UHGV virus genome: UHGV-0213490 | Direction: 5' to 3' (one strand) | DNA length: 25,438 nucleotides | DNA from: a virus | Shown: positions 9,557 to 16,954 of the stretch, piece by piece | Numbering within the stretch: the first letter of the stretch is position 1 | Layout of the letters: each line of letters opens with the position of its first letter | Program-made: the position numbers and the translations under genes | Notes under the pieces: model-generated | The model's database searches: none | Told to the model about the DNA's origin: nothing | Seen by the model: only the letters and a program-made list of their open reading frames with translations

Positions 9557-9769
9557 ATGTTAAATACACAGAAAACCATTAATGCGGAAAAATATAACGA
9601 GTGGGTGAGGAAATTTTCTGAGCAGATTTTTAAAATTACTGGCGACGAGAATGCGGCAAAAAATGAATTAGAGCCGTGGACACCTGAAGGAGTCGAACCA
9701 AATTATTGCTGGTGGGATGTTGATCCAGTTGATGCTGCAAATGAAGCTATGAGTTATCACAACGATTAA
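9557..9769 (+). CDS. Hypothetical phage protein
   Basis: 70-aa ORF with GGAGG RBS. Confidence 0.5.
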   Translation: MLNTQKTINAEKYNEWVRKFSEQIFKITGDENAAKNELEPWTPEGVEPNYCWWDVDPVDAANEAMSYHND

Positions 9770-9801
9770 TGTCAGGAGGCCGCCCGAAAGGGCGGTAAGA
9801 A

Positions 9802-10020
9802 ATGACTACATTATTCAGAAAAGAATATCCGCGAAAAAGTAGAGCGACAGAATTTTTGTTTCTCATTCTGTTTATCGTGTTGATGATACCGATATCCCCG
9901 CTAATTTTTGTCTGGATAATCGTGAAAATAATTGAACCTATTATTGAGTTATATACCGATGTGATATGGGGACCATTCAACACACTACACAATAAAATTA
10001 ATCCGTATAAGGAAAGCTGA
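9802..10020 (+). CDS. Small hydrophobic membrane protein
   Basis: 72-aa ORF, AT-rich, two predicted TM segments; SD and ATG separated by a perfect CCGCCC-GAAA-GGGCGG hairpin. Confidence 0.45.
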   Translation: MTTLFRKEYPRKSRATEFLFLILFIVLMIPISPLIFVWIIVKIIEPIIELYTDVIWGPFNTLHNKINPYKES

Positions 10021-10021
10021 T

Positions 10022-10387
10022 ATGTCACTGACGAAAAAACAACGCGCAGAACTGCGCATGAAGTTCGGTGGTCGCTGCGCTTATTGCGGCTGCGAACTTG
10101 GCGAAAAGTGGCATGCAGACCATGTAAAACCGGTCATCCGTTTTGATGGAAATATGCTTCACCAGGAACGTGACGATATATCCAACATGGTTCCGGCATG
10201 CCACCCATGCAATCTGCACAAGCATTGCAGTAGTCTGGAAGATTATCGGCGAATTATCAGTGATGGTCGTCGTGAATTCCTTGCGTCCGGGAAAGGCAAA
10301 GCGCTGGTTCGTATGGGATTGGTTGAAATGAAATCTGACCCAGTTGTGTTCTGGTTTGAAAAATATCAAGAAGGGGCTACGGCATGA
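10022..10387 (+). CDS. HNH endonuclease
   Basis: 121-aa ORF with Zn-finger/HNH signature CAYCGC...HADHVKP...N...CHPCNLHKH. Confidence 0.8.
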   Translation: MSLTKKQRAELRMKFGGRCAYCGCELGEKWHADHVKPVIRFDGNMLHQERDDISNMVPACHPCNLHKHCSSLEDYRRIISDGRREFLASGKGKALVRMGLVEMKSDPVVFWFEKYQEGATA

Positions 10388-11199
10388 CCACTTTTACCAA
10401 TAGCAAACTAACAGACGAATACGTTTCAAATGCAACGTTGATTCGGCTCATTCTGTGGGCTGACCAGCACAATAGCCATTATGTTGTAGCGGCTCTGCGC
10501 GAGCTACAGGAGCGCCGCAAGGCTGATAGTGTGCCTGTAGAAATCAACGACGACATGGCTTACGCATTTCACCATGCGCTTTCTGACTCATCGCTTGGCT
10601 CTGATGAAATCGAAGAAATTAAAACCGGGTTGCGTGCTGCCTTTGCCAATGTCACCGTCCAGCCGGTGCTGATAGTGCCAGATGAAATCGAGCCAGACGA
10701 TAGCAATACGTTTGATTATGTTGATGGCTGGAACGCCTGCCGCGCCGCCATGCTTCAGAGTAACCAACCTGTAAGCCAAACTTACAACTTGCCAGAATTA
10801 ATCGAGGGCATGGAAGTTTCCATTGATGTAAGCACTTGTGATGCTGATTTAGGTAATCGCTATTTCGGCACCGTCACCGAGGCGTTAGAACTTGATACTG
10901 CCAAGAATGGCTACATCCTCCTGATTCAGGACGCAGAGCCAAACTTCGATGTAAATGGCAACTCTCCGGTAACTCCGGATGGTTGGATAAGCTGTAGTGA
11001 GCGAATGCCGGAAAAGGGCCAGAACGTGCTTATTTCGGTGAATTTCGATAGCTCTCTGGTTGAACCGCTAATATGCTCCGCACGCTATACCGGAAGCACC
11101 TTTCGGCGCGGAGATGCAACGATTAAGCCGGGTAATGGTATTGAGCAAGCAACTCACTGGATGCCGCTACCGGAACCACCGCAGGAGGTGAATCAATGA
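10384..11199 (+). CDS. DUF551 domain-containing phage protein
   Basis: 271-aa ORF coupled to the HNH gene (ATGA overlap); C-terminal WISCSERMPEKGQNVLISV is typical of DUF551. Confidence 0.65.
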   Translation: MTTFTNSKLTDEYVSNATLIRLILWADQHNSHYVVAALRELQERRKADSVPVEINDDMAYAFHHALSDSSLGSDEIEEIKTGLRAAFANVTVQPVLIVPDEIEPDDSNTFDYVDGWNACRAAMLQSNQPVSQTYNLPELIEGMEVSIDVSTCDADLGNRYFGTVTEALELDTAKNGYILLIQDAEPNFDVNGNSPVTPDGWISCSERMPEKGQNVLISVNFDSSLVEPLICSARYTGSTFRRGDATIKPGNGIEQATHWMPLPEPPQEVNQ

Positions 11200-11279
11200 C
11201 CTGGCCTGAGGCATTTACCACGGTAGGAATTGCGATGGCAGTGGCGATGGTGGTGTATTCGATTTGCCGTTGGGGATAA
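11196..11279 (+). CDS. 27-codon hydrophobic micro-ORF
   Basis: ATG overlaps the DUF551 stop; strong AGGAGG 7 nt upstream; encodes MTWPEAFTTVGIAMAVAMVVYSICRWG (single TM helix); followed by a terminator. Confidence 0.45.
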   Translation: MTWPEAFTTVGIAMAVAMVVYSICRWG

Positions 11280-11289
11280 CAAACAAAAA

Positions 11290-11316
11290 CCCCGGATTGA
11301 TGGTCCGGGGTTTTTG
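11290..11316 (+). terminator. Rho-independent terminator
   Basis: CCCCGGA-ttgatgg-TCCGGGG followed by TTTTT. Confidence 0.75.
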
Positions 11317-11653
11317 AAGGAAACAAAACAGAAACAGCAATTGCCGTTACCTGTTGTTATCATGGCAAGTAAACGTATCTCAGGCGAGCGCATTGCGCCG
11401 TTCTGACGCAGATAAACTAGCCTGGATAGATGGTGCTGGCAATAAAAAATAGCGTTTTCTTATCGGTGTCGGTAAGATTGCTGCGGGTGCTTGAGGCTGT
11501 CTGCCTCGGGCATGCCACTGTAAGGCAGACAGAGAAAAGCCCCAGTTAACATTACGCGTCCTGCAAGACGCTTAACATTAATCTGAGGCCCAATCTATGT
11601 CTCACAAATGTAGGTTAGCCTCTTACGTGCCGAAAGGCAAGGAGAAGCAGGCT

Positions 11654-11809
11654 ATGAAGCAGCAAAAGGCGATGTTAATCGCCCTGATCGTCATCTGTTT
11701 AACCGTCATAGTGACGGCACTGGTAACGAGGAAAGACCTCTGCGAGGTACGAATCCGAACCGGCCAGACGGAGGTTGCTGTCTTCGTGGACTACGAATCT
11801 GAGAAGTAA
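11654..11809 (+). CDS. hok: Hok/Gef-family type I toxin
   Basis: MKQQKAMLIALIVICLTVIVTALVTRKDLCEVRIRTGQTEVAVFVDYESEK: single TM plus conserved CE..R.G..EVA motif; AGGAGA RBS; in-frame upstream ATG at 11597 gives a mok-like extension. Confidence 0.85.
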   Translation: MKQQKAMLIALIVICLTVIVTALVTRKDLCEVRIRTGQTEVAVFVDYESEK

Positions 11810-11881
11810 GAGTGACTAGGCGGGAGAGTAATCTCCCGCCACCTCTGATGTGTCAGGCATCCTCAACGCACCCGCACTTAA

Positions 11882-11902
11882 CCCGCTTCGGCGGGTTTTT
11901 TC
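11882..11902 (+). terminator. Rho-independent terminator of the hok transcript
   Basis: CCCGC-ttcg-GCGGG plus TTTTTT; preceded by a GGCGGGAGAGTAATCTCCCGCC hairpin (11819-11840). Confidence 0.75.
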
Positions 11903-12021
11903 ACGTACTGTGGTTGTGAATACGATTGGTATTAGGCTATGCTAACAACATTAGCCTGACTAATTTTGTATTGACTTGATTTTTTGTTAAAGAACAGGAC
12001 GGAGAAGTAAGGGTACACCCA

Positions 12022-12201
12022 ATGAGCTACGCACTAAAAAAACACCCGCGATTGACTATTCCCCCTCGCGATAAAAGCGTTGTGGCAGCTCCGCGCCCGG
12101 CTATTGATGAAAATTGCACACATCGTGAGCAGGTGAAAAATGCTTTCGATTTCGGTTTTTCTCGTTACGAGAAGGCAATGGAAGAACTTTCAAAAGTGTA
12201 A
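12022..12201 (+). CDS. Candidate antitoxin/partner of the Fic/Doc toxin
   Basis: 59-aa ORF (MSYALKKHPRLTIPPRDKSVV...EKAMEELSKV) ending 10-19 nt before the Doc-like gene; below the ORF-track length cutoff; not recognisably Phd/YefM. Confidence 0.5.
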   Translation: MSYALKKHPRLTIPPRDKSVVAAPRPAIDENCTHREQVKNAFDFGFSRYEKAMEELSKV

Positions 12202-12210
12202 TAATGGGTA

Positions 12211-12705
12211 TTGTGCTCTATGGCTGAGATTGTTGAAGGAGTGCACTATCTTTCGGTTGATGATCTTACTGAAATCAATCGCCTTTTAATTGAGCTTCAA
12301 ACACCAGATGAACCTGTAGGTGTGCTGAGTGTTGATAATTTAAGTTCTTCTCAGGCCCGTCCCAGCATGGTTCGATGGTATGAACAGATCAATGACATGT
12401 TTGTACTGGCATCGGTATTGATTGAAAGTCTGATTCAGAATCATCCGTTTGCTAATGCGAACAAACGAACAGCTATGATGGCTGGTTACGTCTTCTTGTT
12501 GTTGAATGGCTATGAGTTAACAGCACCAGGCGATGAAATCGTGGAAATGGCAGAGGGACTGGCCTGCAAAACCTATACTCGAGAAGATCTCGAGAACTGG
12601 TTGTGTTATTGGTCTCGTGCGTATGACAGCCGGGAATTATGTAAAACAGGCGCAACTATTGTTTTGTATGAAACTATCAAGCTTAAAATAGAACAGCAAA
12701 ACTAA
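12211..12705 (+). CDS. doc: Fic/Doc-family toxin (death-on-curing-like)
   Basis: Doc-type Fic motif HPFANANKRTA; alternative ATG at 12220. Confidence 0.8.
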   Translation: MCSMAEIVEGVHYLSVDDLTEINRLLIELQTPDEPVGVLSVDNLSSSQARPSMVRWYEQINDMFVLASVLIESLIQNHPFANANKRTAMMAGYVFLLLNGYELTAPGDEIVEMAEGLACKTYTREDLENWLCYWSRAYDSRELCKTGATIVLYETIKLKIEQQN

Positions 12706-12720
12706 AGGTGCTTCCAATGA

Positions 12721-12745
12721 AAACCCGCTTCGGCGGGTTTTTTGT
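12721..12745 (+). terminator. Rho-independent terminator (second copy of the hok terminator sequence)
   Basis: AACCCGCTTCGGCGGGTTTTTT, identical over 22 nt to 11880-11901. Confidence 0.75.
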
Positions 12746-12818
12746 TTTACGTATTCTGGTTTACAATCCACAGGCCAGCCTGAACAACTGGCACCTGCTG
12801 CGCCAGCAGAGAAAACCG

Positions 12819-13091
12819 ATGGCGCACAATACCAAACATCACAATTCTGATACCGACCTTGCCAGCAGGCACGGGCGGTGTTCTCATGCATTCAAATATG
12901 ACTGGTACCAGCATGACCCCTGCACTGAAGAACAGGCCGAATGGCTGATTCAGAACTACCGCAGGCGTGGGTACGAGTTTCAGAAAGATCTCAGCTTCGA
13001 TCGTCGTCACTGGATAATCTCCGTCAGGCTCCCTTATTCCGAACGTCCGCCGCGTCCGTCCCGCACATTCCAGCAACGCATCTGGAGGTAA
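12819..13091 (+). CDS. Hypothetical protein
   Basis: 90-codon ORF from ATG 12819 ending 1 nt before the DUF968 gene start; Arg/His-rich. Confidence 0.4.
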   Translation: MAHNTKHHNSDTDLASRHGRCSHAFKYDWYQHDPCTEEQAEWLIQNYRRRGYEFQKDLSFDRRHWIISVRLPYSERPPRPSRTFQQRIWR

Positions 13092-13092
13092 C

Positions 13093-14142
13093 GTGCGGGT
13101 ATTGCTTCGACCTGTTCTGGTACCGGAACTCGGGCTGGTGGTCCTTAAGCCGGGTCGTGAATCCATGCGGGTATTTCATAATCCCCGGGTGCTGGTGGAG
13201 CCGGAACCGAAAAGCATGCGCGGTCTGCCGTCCGGCATTGTCCCTGTCGTTCGCCAGCCGCTGGCGGAGGATAAATCATTACAGCCATTTTTCAGCGATG
13301 AGCGGGTGATTCGTGCTGCCGGCGGCGCTGGTGCACTGTCTGACTGGCTCCTGCGTCATGTTAAATCCTGCCAGTGGCCTCATGGTGACTATCACCACAG
13401 CGAAACCGTCATACATCGTTACGGTACCGGCGCGATGGTGTTGTGCTGGCACTGCGACAACCAGCTGCGTGGCCAGACCTCCGAATCACTCGGGCAGCTT
13501 GCTCAACAAAATCTGGCAACCTGGATAATTGACGCCATCCGTCACGCAATAAATGGCGCGCAGGAGCGGGAGTTATCGCTGGCTGAATTGTACTGCTGGG
13601 CTGCTTTAAATAATGTGGTGGATGCCATAACCGAAAATATGGCGCGTCGAATCCTGAAACGTTCGGGTGAAAAAATCCTTTCCGTATACCGCGAAAGCGA
13701 CATCATACCGGGAGTGCAGACAGCCACCAGCATACTGAAGCAGCGCACAAAAAATATTGCGCTACCGCCTCACGTCCACCAGCAACAGAACTCACCGCAG
13801 GAAAAGGCGGTGGTAAGCATTGCCGTTGATCCGGATTCTCCGGAATCTTTCATGAAGCGCCCTAAACGTCGCCGCTGGGTTAACGAGAAATACACGCGCT
13901 GGGTAAAGATGCAGCCGTGTGCGTGTTGTGGTAAGCCAGCCGACGATCCCCATCACCTGATTGGTCATGGTCAGGGCGGAATGGGAACAAAATCCCACGA
14001 TATTTTCACGCTACCGCTGTGTCGGGAGCATCGCAACGAACTTCATGCGGATCCGCTGGCGTTCGAAGAAAAGCATGGTTCTCAGGTTGATTTAATTTTT
14101 CGTTTTCTTGATCACGCCTTTGCAACCGGTGTGCTTGGGTAA
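13093..14142 (+). CDS. DUF968 domain protein (YdfU-like, nin region)
   Basis: 349-aa ORF with GTG start after GGAGGTAA; C-terminal Cys/His cluster CACCGKPADDPHHLIGHGQGGMGTKSHD...CREHRNELH. Confidence 0.65.
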   Translation: MRVLLRPVLVPELGLVVLKPGRESMRVFHNPRVLVEPEPKSMRGLPSGIVPVVRQPLAEDKSLQPFFSDERVIRAAGGAGALSDWLLRHVKSCQWPHGDYHHSETVIHRYGTGAMVLCWHCDNQLRGQTSESLGQLAQQNLATWIIDAIRHAINGAQERELSLAELYCWAALNNVVDAITENMARRILKRSGEKILSVYRESDIIPGVQTATSILKQRTKNIALPPHVHQQQNSPQEKAVVSIAVDPDSPESFMKRPKRRRWVNEKYTRWVKMQPCACCGKPADDPHHLIGHGQGGMGTKSHDIFTLPLCREHRNELHADPLAFEEKHGSQVDLIFRFLDHAFATGVLG

Positions 14143-14154
14143 AAGGGGGTATTG

Positions 14155-14526
14155 ATGTGTATAGAGTTTGTTTTGCCTTACCCGCCGACGGTGAATACTT
14201 ACTGGCGACGTCGTGGCAGCACATATTTTGTATCAAAAGCCGGTGAGCGTTATCGCCGTGATGTGGCACTTATTGTTCGCCAGCAGCAACTGAAATTAAA
14301 CCTGTCCGGAAGGCTGGCGATAACGGTTATTGCCGAGCCGCCGGATAAGCGTCGTCGTGATCTGGACAATATCCTGAAAGCACCACTGGATGCGCTGACG
14401 CATGCGGGACTGCTTATCGACGACGAGCAGTTTGATGAAATTAATATTGTGCGCGGTCAGCTCGTTCCTGGTGGTCGGCTGGGCGTGAAGATTTGCGAAA
14501 TTAGAGGTGATAGTAATGGGGCGTGA
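14155..14526 (+). CDS. rusA: Holliday-junction resolvase RusA
   Basis: LPYPPTVNTYW...DKRRRDLDNILKAPLDALTHAGLLIDDEQ matches the RusA family signature; AAGGGGG RBS. Confidence 0.85.
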   Translation: MCIEFVLPYPPTVNTYWRRRGSTYFVSKAGERYRRDVALIVRQQQLKLNLSGRLAITVIAEPPDKRRRDLDNILKAPLDALTHAGLLIDDEQFDEINIVRGQLVPGGRLGVKICEIRGDSNGA

Positions 14527-14866
14527 TATGTATGAGGTTTTAGACCGCTGGGGGGCATGGGCTGCAGCAGAAAATAGTGGTGTCGATTGGCAACCGATAG
14601 CAGCGGGCTTCAAGGGGCTTTTACCACGCGGTAAAAAGTCACGTCTCCAGTGTGATGATGATGAGGGGCTCATGATCGATGGGTGCGTAGCTAGATTAAG
14701 AAAGTACAAACCAGAAGAGTATGAGTTAGTTATAGCCCATTTTGTGGTAGGGATTTCATTGCGAGCCATTGCTAAGAAGAGAAAGTGTTCGGATGGGACT
14801 ATCAGGAAAGAGTTGCAAACATCGCTTGGTTTCATTGAAGGCATTGTTTGCACTCTTGCCTGTTAA
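14516..14866 (+). CDS. Q: Late-gene antiterminator Q (QuuD/Q82-like)
   Basis: MGRDMYEVLDRWGAWAA...IAAGFKG...CDDDEG...C resembles E. coli QuuD-type Q proteins; GAGGTGA RBS; follows rusA as in lambdoid nin-Q order. Confidence 0.8.
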   Translation: MGRDMYEVLDRWGAWAAAENSGVDWQPIAAGFKGLLPRGKKSRLQCDDDEGLMIDGCVARLRKYKPEEYELVIAHFVVGISLRAIAKKRKCSDGTIRKELQTSLGFIEGIVCTLAC

Positions 14867-14887
14867 CTATTCTTAACTGTCTTCTAG

Positions 14888-15772
14888 TTATATTGGGCGC
14901 TTTGAATTCGATTTAAAGCGTCTTCCACTTATTCCAGAAACCCAAATGTCTTCCTCAAGAAAGTCAAGAAGGGCTTTTATTTCTTTTTTTGATGAAGGCA
15001 TGACAATTTTCTCAACGCCGCCAACTATTATGGTTTGTAAGGGGAATTTAACTTTAGCAGCTTCGGATTTAAACTTTGACATATTTGGGGGTGTTAGCAT
15101 CCCAGTCTGATTTATTAGTGTTACTTTATTTCTTATCACTGTATCTGCAACGGATTTTAGATCAAAACCTTGGGGAGTAGAAAATACACTAAGTTGACTA
15201 AATGCATTAAGTTCTTGGTCAGTAGCAGCAGAAAAATAGGACGACATGTCAAAAATGCTTCTTAGATTAAAGAAACTCTTAAATCGTATTGTATCATTGA
15301 TAATTATTGCAACTAGTTTATCATCAACATTAAAACCGATGCTATTAGCTTTACTAAAGGTAGTTTTGCTTGCAAAAAGCTTTCCAAAGAATGATTTTGA
15401 GGTATCTAAGATTTGTTTTTTGTTGAAAGTTTGTAGTGCAATAATATTGGGGTTTGCTGGCGCGTCAACACCAACAAATAATGCTTTAATATAACCAATA
15501 TCAATTTGGCTAGGATCCCAGATAGGCACGGCGGTAGGCCTATTGACTGCGTCAATCAGGCGTGCAGAATCAGTAAAGTTTTGTATTTCAAAACACTCAC
15601 TATGTTTTGGTGTATAACCGGCATAGAATGGTATCATATTGTTATGATGACTTTCAAAATATTGACGCTGTTGTTGGAAAATGGCCGTAACAGAAGTACT
15701 TGCTGTTGCATCAAGTTCGACTCTAACAATTCTCGTTGCAATTGTATTATCTATTACTGCAAAAAGTGCCAT
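14888..15772 (-). CDS. Unknown 294-aa soluble protein, gene 2 of AT-rich cassette (candidate defence effector)
   Basis: Long ORF in strongly AT-rich DNA on the opposite strand to the flanking phage genes; AAGGAT RBS; 5-nt gap from the upstream membrane gene; no motif I recognise. Confidence 0.7.
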   Translation of the reverse strand: MALFAVIDNTIATRIVRVELDATASTSVTAIFQQQRQYFESHHNNMIPFYAGYTPKHSECFEIQNFTDSARLIDAVNRPTAVPIWDPSQIDIGYIKALFVGVDAPANPNIIALQTFNKKQILDTSKSFFGKLFASKTTFSKANSIGFNVDDKLVAIIINDTIRFKSFFNLRSIFDMSSYFSAATDQELNAFSQLSVFSTPQGFDLKSVADTVIRNKVTLINQTGMLTPPNMSKFKSEAAKVKFPLQTIIVGGVEKIVMPSSKKEIKALLDFLEEDIWVSGISGRRFKSNSKRPI

Positions 15773-15777
15773 GGTTA

Positions 15778-16299
15778 TTATCCTTTAACATGTAGAAATG
15801 TGTAGTCTGTTAATTGAATAACTGTAAATTTGATATCTTTAATATCAGTAATGACTGATTTAGAAATCAATACAAAACCTACGCCGGTGTCATCTTCAGC
15901 TTCGTAAAATTTATAACCGATAAGTGACAATACTGGGTTAAAGTTATAGTTCTCGGAAAAGCTGATGTAAAATAACAATGACAAATAAAAGAATAACGCA
16001 TATGCTTTATTTTCAGCAATAGAATCTGTTCCTAGGAGAGGGAATAAATAGCTTAAGAAATAATTAGTTACTTCTTTGTTAGCTGGAGAAACTGAACTAA
16101 TATTTTTTGTCAGAGGTTCAAGTTGTTTCTCAGCATATTGAATCAGGCCTATTGCTAATAACCAACTTGCTATGCCAACGCATAAGCTATATTGCATCAG
16201 CCAAACCGTATCTTTTACATATCCAATAAAAAATAGAGTTGCGCAAACAGGTGCAATTGAGCTGGCCGTTAATAATAAGCGTGCTAATTTGTTCATCAT
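15778..16299 (-). CDS. Unknown 173-aa polytopic membrane protein, gene 1 of AT-rich cassette
   Basis: Three to four hydrophobic helices (LLLTASSIAPVCATLFFIGY, WLMQYSLCVGIASWLLAIGLIQY, YFLSYLFPLLG, AYALFFYLSLLFYISF) plus about 55-aa C-terminal tail; AAGGA RBS. Confidence 0.7.
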   Translation of the reverse strand: MMNKLARLLLTASSIAPVCATLFFIGYVKDTVWLMQYSLCVGIASWLLAIGLIQYAEKQLEPLTKNISSVSPANKEVTNYFLSYLFPLLGTDSIAENKAYALFFYLSLLFYISFSENYNFNPVLSLIGYKFYEAEDDTGVGFVLISKSVITDIKDIKFTVIQLTDYTFLHVKG

Positions 16300-16606
16300 G
16301 ATATCCTTTGTACTGTTTATGCATACAGCACTTTACATCATGTACTCCAAAGTATCTATCTTGTGAAGAATCTTACACTAAATACTACAGAAAAAGTTAA
16401 CGCGTACGCAAAAAGTATTATATCGTGTTAAGAGTGGTTACTTCGCCACACAGCTTAAACCCGCTCGACAGCGAGTTTTTTAGTGTCCGAAAAGCGGACC
16501 CAGCACGGTAAACGCGCTGGTGGTTGCGAATACTGGTCTTTAAGCTTGCTGGCTTTTTGGACAAGAGTTATTGGTATGTCACGTTAACCAGAAAAGGGAA
16601 AAAGAC

Positions 16607-16804
16607 ATGCTAAAACAGCAGGATATGACCGAAACCGCCAGAGTGGTGTTTAATGAGTTAAGCGTCACCGAACCGGCGACAGTCGGGGAAATTGCGCAGA
16701 ATACGTACCTTTCACGCGAACGCTGCCAGTTAATACTGACCCAGCTTGTTATGGCGGGTCTGGCAGATTATCAGTTCGGTTGTTACAGACGCCTTCCGCA
16801 GTGA
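16607..16804 (+). CDS. Small hypothetical protein (possible winged-helix DNA-binding)
   Basis: 65-aa ORF from ATG 16607 with AAAAGGGAAAAAG RBS; upstream of the methyltransferase. Confidence 0.4.
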   Translation: MLKQQDMTETARVVFNELSVTEPATVGEIAQNTYLSRERCQLILTQLVMAGLADYQFGCYRRLPQ

Positions 16805-16954
16805 AGGCTTTTTTATTTGTGGTAATGGGCGGCTGGTGGGTGTTAGCGGCACCTGCCAGCCATCTGCTCATGCGTTGGGGTCACAAGCAAACCTCAGGCC
16901 CATCTGCTTTGCGCAAAAGCAGAATGAGCCTATCAGAGAAGTGCTTATTGATCT

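Noticed and set aside
12747-13309. Overlapping ORFs of 139 aa (minus) and 122 aa (plus) around the DUF968 gene start
   Set aside because: Out of frame with the DUF968 ORF and lack start context; GC-rich sequence produces long spurious frames.
14296-14853. 185-aa minus-strand ORF overlapping rusA and Q
   Set aside because: Fully antisense to two genes with clear family signatures.
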